A stretch of DNA of 64,000 nucleotides. Origin: Eubacteriales bacterium. GTDB lineage: Bacteria > Bacillota > Clostridia > Oscillospirales > CAG-272. The position numbers and the translations under genes were made by a program. The notes beneath the pieces were generated by a model. It ran no database searches and was not told the DNA's origin. It worked only from the letters and a program-made list of their open reading frames with translations. Shown piece after piece: positions 57,568-64,000 of this stretch (positions within the stretch are counted from its first letter, which is position 1; each line of letters begins with the position of its first letter). The DNA lies in assembly GCA_045612185.1 (NCBI GenBank), contig JAZKYO010000030.1, forward strand, positions 159,265-223,264. The letters are read 5' to 3'.

Positions 57568-57596
57568 TTGACTTTAGTGTAATAATGTGGTAAAAT
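57568..57596 (+). promoter_or_regulatory. Candidate promoter for the OPT transporter operon
   Basis: TTGACT (57568-57573), a 17-nt spacer ending in TGG, then TAAAAT (57591-57596). Confidence 0.55.
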
Positions 57597-57637
57597 ATAT
57601 TGATTGTGTCAAAAAATATTAAGAAAGAGAGAAAAAC

Positions 57638-59545
57638 ATGGACAATCAGAAAAACTTTAAGCCGTATATTCCGGCTGAGAAGGTGACCCCCGAGCTTACC
57701 GTAACCTCGATAATCATGGGCATTCTTCTCGCCATTATATTCGGCGCGGCTAACGCTTATCTCGGCCTCCGCGTAGGTATGACGGTTTCGGCATCTATCC
57801 CCGCAGCGGTTATCGCTATGGGCGTAATTCGAGTTATTATGAAGAAAAACTCGATACTTGAAAGCAACATCGTACAAACCATCGGCTCAGCGGGTGAGTC
57901 TGTGGCGGCAGGCGCGATCTTCACGCTCCCCGCGCTCTTCCTTTGGGCGGCAGAGGGCAAAATGGACAAACCTAACCTGCTTGAGATTACAATTATTGCT
58001 CTTCTCGGCGGACTTCTTGGCGTATTCTTTATGATCCCCCTTCGCAACGCTCTTATCGTAAAAGAGCATGGCACGCTTCCCTATCCCGAGGGCACGGCTT
58101 GCGCGGAAGTTCTTCTCGCAGGCGAGGAGGGCGGATCTAACGCCTCCACCGTTTTTGCGGGCATGGGCTTTGCTGCGGCATTCAAGTTCATCATTGACGG
58201 CATCAAGGCTGTTCCCGGTGAAGTTGCTCTCAGAATCAAGGGCTATTCGGGCGAAATCGGAACTCAGATTTATCCCGCGGTTATGAGCGTAGGTTATATT
58301 TGCGGTCCTCGCATTTCCTCGTACATGTTTGCGGGCGGTGTGCTTAGCTGGATGGTGCTTATCCCCCTCATCGTGCTTTTTGGTGCTGACATAGTTATGT
58401 ACCCCGGCACAGAGACTATCGGCGCTATCTTTGAGGCAAGCGGTGCAAGCGGTATCTGGAGCAGCTACATCCGCTATATCGGTGCGGGTGCGCTTGCGGC
58501 GGGCGGTATTATCAGCCTTATCAAGTCGCTTCCCCTTATCGTTCGCACTTTCAGAGACGCTGTTAAGGGCATGGGCAAGGGTGCAAGTGCCGACAATGCG
58601 CGAACCGCGCAGGACCTCAGCATGAAGATAGTTCTTATCGCTATCGCCATTCTTACTCTTTTGGTATGGCTTGTTCCCGCTATTCCCGTTACCCTTGTAG
58701 GCGCTATAATCGTAGTTATTTTCGGTTTCTTCTTCGCAACTGTTTCTTCGAGAATGGTTGGTCTTGTGGGTAGCAGTAACAACCCCGTTTCCGGTATGGC
58801 TATCGCTACTCTTCTTATAGCTACTCTTATCCTCAAGATTACCGGCGATGTGGGAGCTCATGGAATGCAGAGTGCTATCGCTATCGGCTCTATCATCTGT
58901 ATAGTTGCCGCAATTTCGGGCGACACCTCTCAGGACCTTAAGACAGGATTCCTTCTCGGCGCTACTCCCAAAAAGCAGCAGATAGGTGAGGTTATCGGTG
59001 TTGCGGCTTCGGCTCTCGCAATCGGTGTTACCCTCTACCTTCTTGACGCAGCATGGGGCTTTGGCGGTGAGGAGCTTGGCGCGCCTCAGGCAACCCTTAT
59101 GAAGATGATTATTGAGGGTGTTATGGGTGGCGACCTTCCTTGGGGCTTGGTTTTCATTGGCGTATTTATTGCCATCGTTGTTGAGATTATCGGTATCCCC
59201 GTACTTCCCTTTGCTATCGGCATTTATCTTCCCGTTCATCTTAACGCTTGCATTATGGTAGGCGGTCTCGTTCGTCTTGTATTTGACAAGATGAAGAAGG
59301 AGGAGGCAGAGAAAAAGTCTATTATAAACGACGGTATCCTCTTCTGCTCGGGTATGATCGCGGGCGAGGGACTGGTTGGAATTCTTCTTGCTCTTCTCGC
59401 TGTGTTCGGTGTCAGCGAATTTATTGATATTTCGGGCATTTTCGCAGGAGTTCCCGCGTTTATTTCCCAGATACTCAGCCTTGTAGTATTCGCGCTTATC
59501 ATTCTTTCGTTGCTTAAATTCACAATCTGGAAGAAGCGTAAGTAA
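57638..59545 (+). CDS. OPT-family oligopeptide transporter
   Basis: 635 aa, highly hydrophobic and multi-TM. The N-terminus MDNQKNFKPYIPAEKVTPELTVTSIIMGILLAIIFGAANAYLGLRVGMTVSASIPAAV is typical of bacterial OPT proteins. Confidence 0.88.
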   Translation: MDNQKNFKPYIPAEKVTPELTVTSIIMGILLAIIFGAANAYLGLRVGMTVSASIPAAVIAMGVIRVIMKKNSILESNIVQTIGSAGESVAAGAIFTLPALFLWAAEGKMDKPNLLEITIIALLGGLLGVFFMIPLRNALIVKEHGTLPYPEGTACAEVLLAGEEGGSNASTVFAGMGFAAAFKFIIDGIKAVPGEVALRIKGYSGEIGTQIYPAVMSVGYICGPRISSYMFAGGVLSWMVLIPLIVLFGADIVMYPGTETIGAIFEASGASGIWSSYIRYIGAGALAAGGIISLIKSLPLIVRTFRDAVKGMGKGASADNARTAQDLSMKIVLIAIAILTLLVWLVPAIPVTLVGAIIVVIFGFFFATVSSRMVGLVGSSNNPVSGMAIATLLIATLILKITGDVGAHGMQSAIAIGSIICIVAAISGDTSQDLKTGFLLGATPKKQQIGEVIGVAASALAIGVTLYLLDAAWGFGGEELGAPQATLMKMIIEGVMGGDLPWGLVFIGVFIAIVVEIIGIPVLPFAIGIYLPVHLNACIMVGGLVRLVFDKMKKEEAEKKSIINDGILFCSGMIAGEGLVGILLALLAVFGVSEFIDISGIFAGVPAFISQILSLVVFALIILSLLKFTIWKKRK

Positions 59546-59895
59546 TGAAAAAGAAAAATATTATTTCCGCAAACTATCTTGAAAAAATTCCCGTGCGTCA
59601 CCCCGACATAAACTGGACGGCTGACGAAAACGGATTGGTTACACTTGAGATAGAAAACACGGGATTTTTCAACAGAGTGGCGCAAAAGCTTTTCAAGCGT
59701 CCGAAGATAAGCTACGTTCATCTTGACGAAAACGGCAGTTTCACCTGGAACAACATCGACGGTGAAAAAGACATAATCGCTATTGGAAAAGACGTGGACG
59801 AGCATTTCGGCGAGGCGGCGCATCCGCTTTACGAAAGACTTGCAAAGTTCTTTCAAATTCTTGAAAGCTACCATTTTATCGTTTGGAAAGAATAA
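59545..59895 (+). CDS. PqqD-like small protein (RRE-type fold suspected)
   Basis: 116 aa. ...VHLDENGSFTWNNIDGEKDIIAIGKDVDEHFGE...LYERLAKFFQILESYHFI fits the PqqD pattern. Its start overlaps the OPT stop (TAATG). Confidence 0.5.
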   Translation: MKKKNIISANYLEKIPVRHPDINWTADENGLVTLEIENTGFFNRVAQKLFKRPKISYVHLDENGSFTWNNIDGEKDIIAIGKDVDEHFGEAAHPLYERLAKFFQILESYHFIVWKE

Positions 59896-59898
59896 AAT

Positions 59899-59935
59899 AC
59901 GGCTTGTCGGGTAACCGACAAGCCGTTTCCTATTT
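59899..59935 (+). terminator. Rho-independent terminator after the OPT/PqqD-like operon
   Basis: 12-bp stem ACGGCTTGTCGG / CCGACAAGCCGT with a GTAA loop, followed by TTCCTATTT. Confidence 0.72.
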
Positions 59936-59983
59936 ACAAACAGAATTTTTTGTGGTAAAATGTAGAGGAATGGAGTTGATAAA

Positions 59984-60514
59984 ATGAATTTTGCAAAAAT
60001 AATTACACTTACAGTAGCCGCACTGTTGTTTTTGACATCATGTATAACCATTAATTACCCACACACGGGAATAGGTGAGTTACTGACCGCTCCGCAGGAG
60101 GATAGCAGCAACGAAGTGACCGAAAGCAAATCCAACACGACGGAAAACGAAGAATCGTCAGCCGACGGCGCAAACGACGGTGACACCGAAACAAGTGCGC
60201 CTATTGAGACCGAGCCGCCAACCGTGGGTGAAGTCTCCGAATCAACAATATCTCTAAAAAGCATTACCAGCCCAATATCTTCAAACAATACTGCAACTTT
60301 GACAATAGTAGGCAAACCCAATACTGAATATGACATAAAAGTCATCTACACCACCACGGAAAGCAAAGCGAAGGGACTCGAAAACAAGATTTCGGACGAA
60401 AACGGCATAGCTTCGTGGAGCTGGAAAATCGGTGCAAGCGTAAAGTCGGGCTACTACAAGATAACTGTCAGTGACGGCACCGAAGTATTTGAAACTAAAA
60501 TTCAGGTTGAATAA
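59984..60514 (+). CDS. Putative lipoprotein with an acidic low-complexity linker and a C-terminal beta-rich domain
   Basis: 176 aa. It has a signal peptide with a lipobox (LFLTSC) and a Ser/Glu/Thr-rich linker. The C-terminal ~85 aa are ...TLTIVGKPNTEYDIKVIYTT...SGYYKITVSDG.... Confidence 0.62.
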   Translation: MNFAKIITLTVAALLFLTSCITINYPHTGIGELLTAPQEDSSNEVTESKSNTTENEESSADGANDGDTETSAPIETEPPTVGEVSESTISLKSITSPISSNNTATLTIVGKPNTEYDIKVIYTTTESKAKGLENKISDENGIASWSWKIGASVKSGYYKITVSDGTEVFETKIQVE

Positions 60515-60545
60515 CAAAAGGGACTTAACGTCCCTTTTCTTATTT
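60515..60545. terminator. Bidirectional Rho-independent terminator
   Basis: Stem AAGGGAC / GTCCCTT with a TTAA loop and flanking A/T runs. It sits between convergent genes. Confidence 0.78.
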
Positions 60546-63023
60546 TATTCTTACACAATGATCCGCCGCTTCGTTAAAGGTCAGAGCATATGTGGATTTG
60601 TTGATTTTTTCTATTCTCGCATCACACTCAAAGCTGTACTCTTTTTCTTCTTCAAGACATACGAGAACCGTAGAGTTCGGCGAGTCGCTCAAGGCTTTGA
60701 ACGAAATTCCGCCGTTCTCACGTTTTTTATCGGTTATAAGAGTGCGGAAGCCGCCCGTTACGCTGAAAGGCTTATAATAGCTTTCAAACCACAAAAGCAC
60801 CGGTGTGGAAAGTCCCGAGAACTGGTGGAAGCCCGCGCCGCGACCGTTTTCTATCATAAAGTGTTCGTAGCAGTTATAGGTTGCCGACACTTCGCGTTCC
60901 CACAGCGAAAGCGCTTTTTCGGCTATCTCGGTGGCAAGCTCCACCTCTCCGTAGTCGAGTAACGCTTTCCACAGTATCCACTGGTGTGGCATCCAAACCG
61001 AACCGTTCCAATACCCGTATCTGCTATAATAGGGAGCACGGATATCTACCACGCTGACGCCTATATTGGTCATCATTCCTTTTTTGATATTTTCAAGCAC
61101 GCGAGCTGAACGACAAGTGTCGGAGACGCCCGCTATATACGGGTAAACGCCGTCCATTCCCATGTCGGCATTCACGCCCATGTTCTGATATATAGAGAAT
61201 GTGCCGCCGTTATGCTCAACGTAGCCGTAATATCCGCTTACCTCATCCCATGCGTATTTGTTAAGAGCATTTGAAAAAAATTCAATGTCCGAAAGGTAAA
61301 GGCTATCGTCCTCGCCAAGCATTCTTGCTATGGGTGCAAGAATACGCGCGCACAGCACGGTAAACGAGGTGTTTATCGCAGGGCTGACGATAGATTCTTT
61401 CTTCTCGACATGCAGCTTTTTTTGCGTGGGATAATCGTCCCAACCGCCCGAATTATAAAAGAGATGCCAAAGGCTGAAGATTCCGCTTTCGGTATTGTTC
61501 TTTTGCGCCGAGAAAAACTCGTACTGCGCTTTTATATACGGGTAGAAGCGACGCGTCGATTCAATATCACCGATTTTATTCACAAGCTCACCGAACAAAA
61601 GTATCTGCGTGGGGAGCGGTGTTCCGTGAAGCACGAAAGGCGAATCGGCATTGCCGAGAGGCATCATATAGGCGTTAAGGCAGTCCTCGGCACGCTTTTG
61701 GTCTATTGTGGAAAGACCCATGCCGATAAAGCCCGAATCCCACGTATAAAGCGAATCCCAATTGCGCCCCGGGGTATTGTGTCGAATATATTTTCCTCTG
61801 CAATAAATGGGATAAACCACGTTTGTAAGCGTGGTAGCACTCATAATCTCTTGCGACAGCGCATACTTTTCGCCCTCGGGATTACAGGTTGGCTTGTAAA
61901 GAGTATGGTCGCAGATCTGAGAATTATTGCCGTGCGCCTTTACGGTTAATACAACTACTTTTTCTGAGTGAGGCTCTACAAAAATCGGACGGAGAAAAAA
62001 GTCAACGTATTCCCTTTTTCCTTCGCCTTTTAAAAAGTTGGACACATGGTTATGTATAGATGACGTAAGCAATTGTCCCGCGTCGTCAGCAACAAGTCGG
62101 CGAAGAAAAAGCCCCGCGCCTCGGGTTTCCACCTCATACACAAGTCCGCCAAAATTTACCGACGCGCCGTTTTCGGTCTTAGTTACGGCAGGTACAAATC
62201 CATCAAAAGCGGGGATAAACTCGGTTTTTTCCACGTCTCCGCCCAAAACGAATCCGTCTATATCGGCGTTCCCGCTTTTATATACAAGTGAAAACTCCGA
62301 AACCGACGTTTGAGGAATGTCAAGTGTAAAAAGGCTTATACTATCGGCTTTTTCAAGCTGTATCGGATACGCCTTTTGATTGACTTTAATAAGAAAATCA
62401 CCGTTTCCCTTGTATCGGACAGCGATTTTTCGTGTCTCGGTTGACACAAGCTTATAAAAAAGCTCTGTATCGGGACTCATTGTTTTAGTGGTTTCAGCTC
62501 TGCCATTTACAAACAGACTTTCTCGTTTTTCACCTCGGCGGAGTCCGTCACAAGGAAAGACATAGTCCCCATTAAAGTCAGCATAATCTACCGCGTCAAC
62601 AAACACACAGCCATCGGAAGGAATCGCCTTATAGTCCTCTATCTCCTTGTGGTAAAGCGATGACGCACGCATGCTTGCAAGAGCGTTAAGCGTAAGGCTT
62701 TCGGGCATATCGGTATTATTAACGAAGGTACACTTTACGGTAAGCATAGCGCCATCAGAGCAAAAATCGGCATCAAGGTATACCCTGTCCTTCCACTCAA
62801 GCTCATAACGGTAGACAAAGTGCGATAGGTCCGAGGATGACGACATTATTTTAGCACCGCAATCCGCGATGTCACGCGGGCACATTACACTTCTTCGATA
62901 ATATCCGGGAAAAAGATTAAGGTCAAAGCGCAATCCTTTTCTCTCATCGGCAACGTGGGAAACACCGAGATAGTCTTTATTGTAAGGTCCCCACATCGGG
63001 AGGCTTAAATCGTGTTTTTCCAT
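60540..63023 (-). CDS. Large glycoside hydrolase, (alpha/alpha)6-barrel type (GH63/MGH1/trehalase-like clan)
   Basis: 827 aa, starting at the ATG at 63023 (MEKHDL) behind a GGAGA RBS. The C-terminal half has ...YNSGGWDDYP... and ...YGYWNGSVWMPHQWILWKALLDYG..., which resemble clan GH-G enzymes. I am unsure of the exact family. Confidence 0.55.
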   Translation of the reverse strand: MEKHDLSLPMWGPYNKDYLGVSHVADERKGLRFDLNLFPGYYRRSVMCPRDIADCGAKIMSSSSDLSHFVYRYELEWKDRVYLDADFCSDGAMLTVKCTFVNNTDMPESLTLNALASMRASSLYHKEIEDYKAIPSDGCVFVDAVDYADFNGDYVFPCDGLRRGEKRESLFVNGRAETTKTMSPDTELFYKLVSTETRKIAVRYKGNGDFLIKVNQKAYPIQLEKADSISLFTLDIPQTSVSEFSLVYKSGNADIDGFVLGGDVEKTEFIPAFDGFVPAVTKTENGASVNFGGLVYEVETRGAGLFLRRLVADDAGQLLTSSIHNHVSNFLKGEGKREYVDFFLRPIFVEPHSEKVVVLTVKAHGNNSQICDHTLYKPTCNPEGEKYALSQEIMSATTLTNVVYPIYCRGKYIRHNTPGRNWDSLYTWDSGFIGMGLSTIDQKRAEDCLNAYMMPLGNADSPFVLHGTPLPTQILLFGELVNKIGDIESTRRFYPYIKAQYEFFSAQKNNTESGIFSLWHLFYNSGGWDDYPTQKKLHVEKKESIVSPAINTSFTVLCARILAPIARMLGEDDSLYLSDIEFFSNALNKYAWDEVSGYYGYVEHNGGTFSIYQNMGVNADMGMDGVYPYIAGVSDTCRSARVLENIKKGMMTNIGVSVVDIRAPYYSRYGYWNGSVWMPHQWILWKALLDYGEVELATEIAEKALSLWEREVSATYNCYEHFMIENGRGAGFHQFSGLSTPVLLWFESYYKPFSVTGGFRTLITDKKRENGGISFKALSDSPNSTVLVCLEEEKEYSFECDARIEKINKSTYALTFNEAADHCVRIK

Positions 63024-63034
63024 AAAATCTCCTA

Positions 63035-63069
63035 CAAAATTCCGCCGCAACAAAACCGTTGCGGCGGAT
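63035..63069 (-). terminator. Rho-independent terminator after alaS
   Basis: Stem TCCGCCGCAAC / GTTGCGGCGGA. On the minus strand it is followed by ATTTTGT. Confidence 0.72.
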
Positions 63070-63077
63070 ATTTTAAA

Positions 63078-64000
63078 TTATTTTATCATTCCTGCAAGTG
63101 TCGAAGCCGCAGAAGCGAGAGCCTCGTCAACCTTTGAAAGGTCACGTCCGCCTGCCATAGCGCCATCAGGGCGTCCGCCGCCCTTACCGCCTGTTACAGC
63201 CGCAACAGCGCCTACAAGCTTGCCTGCGTGAGCGCCTGCCGCAACAGCATCTTTACCTGCCGCTGATACAAAATTAAGCTTATCACCGTTTACAGCCGCA
63301 AGAACAGCAACAACGTCTGCGTACTTAGCCTTTATCTCGTCACCGAGAGTTCTTACCGCGTCAACCTGCATATCCTCAAGCTTTGCCGCAACAAGCTTTA
63401 CAGAGCCCACTGTTACCGCTGAAGCAAGAATGGAATCAAGCTTGGAGCCCGCAAGTTTTGAGTTGAGCGATTCTATTTCACGCTTGTCCTCTCTCATCTC
63501 AGCCATAACGGAAGAAGCGCGCGCGGGAAGCTCGTTAACATTCTGCGCCTTAAGCTCCTTAGCGGTATCAGCAAGAAGCTTATCCTTTTCAGCAAGGAGA
63601 GCTATAACTCCGTTACCCGTTACGCACTCGATACGTCTTACGCCCGAAGCAACCGACGACTCGGAAACTATCTTGAAAAGACCTACCTTAGCGGTATTAT
63701 CAACGTGCGTACCGCCGCAGAATTCGGTGGACGCGTCGCCCATCTTGACTACTCGTACGGTTGCGCCGTACTTCTCGCCAAAGAGCATCATTGCGCCCAT
63801 CTTTTTGGCGTTTTCAATATCGGTCTCAACTGTATCTACTGCGATACCCTTGAGAATATTCTCGTTTACAATTGCCTCAACCTTAGCTATTTCATCAACC
63901 GTCATAGCCGAGAAGTGAGTAAAGTCAAAGCGTCCGCGACCCTCGTCAACATAAGATCCCGCCTGTTCAACGTGTGTGCCAAGCACCTTGCGGAGAGCCC
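63078..64000 (-). CDS. alaS: Alanyl-tRNA synthetase, C-terminal part (5' end beyond the right edge)
   Basis: It has an editing-domain end (...TEFCGGTHVDNT...), a coiled-coil linker and a DHHA1-like C-terminus (...GGKGGGRPDGAMAGG...). The reading frame is open to the window edge. Confidence 0.95.
   Translation of the reverse strand, partial: ALRKVLGTHVEQAGSYVDEGRGRFDFTHFSAMTVDEIAKVEAIVNENILKGIAVDTVETDIENAKKMGAMMLFGEKYGATVRVVKMGDASTEFCGGTHVDNTAKVGLFKIVSESSVASGVRRIECVTGNGVIALLAEKDKLLADTAKELKAQNVNELPARASSVMAEMREDKREIESLNSKLAGSKLDSILASAVTVGSVKLVAAKLEDMQVDAVRTLGDEIKAKYADVVAVLAAVNGDKLNFVSAAGKDAVAAGAHAGKLVGAVAAVTGGKGGGRPDGAMAGGRDLSKVDEALASAASTLAGMIK

Noticed and set aside
57887-59239. A 450-aa minus-strand ORF, and a 260-aa minus-strand ORF at 57095-57877.
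   Set aside because: They are antisense to the OPT transporter and MBL hydrolase genes. Their composition is Arg/Asn/Ser-rich and unlike real proteins, and they have no RBS.
1-64000. A whole-window scan for CRISPR arrays, rRNA/tRNA genes, IS elements and long dispersed repeats.
   Set aside because: I saw no regularly spaced repeats, no tRNA-like GGTTCGAATCC-type T-arms in the intergenic regions, and no transposase-like ORFs. The only clear repeat is the 46-nt lipoprotein 3' end. A computational scan (tRNAscan-SE, Infernal, minced) would be needed to confirm this.

Overview
This 64-kb window is a chromosomal segment from a Firmicutes/Clostridia-type bacterium. The taxonomic call is an inference from three things: a clostridial 2x[4Fe-4S] ferredoxin, gene orders such as holB-ricT, dprA-topA-trmFO, rnc-smc-ftsY and infC-rpmI-rplT, and AGGAGG-type ribosome-binding sites. 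I support about 57 protein-coding genes.

Most of the window is housekeeping:
- 1-10.3 kb (minus strand): fusA (partial), rpsG, rpsL, rpoC, rpoB.
- 10.7-31 kb, mostly plus strand: rpsT, aspartokinase, holB, ricT, ferredoxin, two tRNA-modification genes and nnrD. Three genes in this stretch run the other way: an ABC exporter, a HIT gene and a GH78 rhamnosidase.
- 31.2-52.2 kb (minus strand), one long co-directional block: infC-rpmI-rplT, trmH-family, dprA, topA, trmFO, plsX, rnc, radical SAM, smc, ftsY, rdgB, yhbY, nadD, yqeK, LCP, rsfS, leuS, rpsU.
- 52.4-64 kb, mixed accessory genes: GNAT, AraC, ThuA, PnuC-like, DUF1295, MBL, OPT transporter, PqqD-like, lipoprotein, a large (alpha/alpha)6-type glycosidase, and the 3' part of alaS.

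Reading by eye, I found no rRNA, tRNA, CRISPR array, transposase or integrase. Two real genes fall below the ORF-track size cutoff: ferredoxin (23018-23188) and rpsU (31268-31444). Several ORF-track starts are over-extended and I corrected them. Many long ORFs antisense to real genes are artefacts.

The most interesting locus is a lower-GC three-gene island at about 28.7-31.2 kb, wedged between the nnrD and rpsU terminators. It encodes a divergent ribbon-helix-helix protein, an EcoRI-family N6-adenine methyltransferase, and a translationally coupled DUF262(ParB-like)-HNH nuclease. Palindromes overlap the methyltransferase promoter. I read it as a candidate uncharacterised R-M-like defence module.

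Secondary leads:
- A terminator-containing leader upstream of the PnuC-like transporter.
- An L20-leader-like attenuator and an ATC start for infC.
- Tandem lipoprotein paralogs with a 46-nt identical 3' end.
- A Cys/His-rich 557-aa protein coupled to aspartokinase.
- An overlapping amidohydrolase/FkbM/PHP operon.
- An OPT transporter coupled to a PqqD-like protein.
- A natural Arg at the S12 streptomycin-resistance lysine position.
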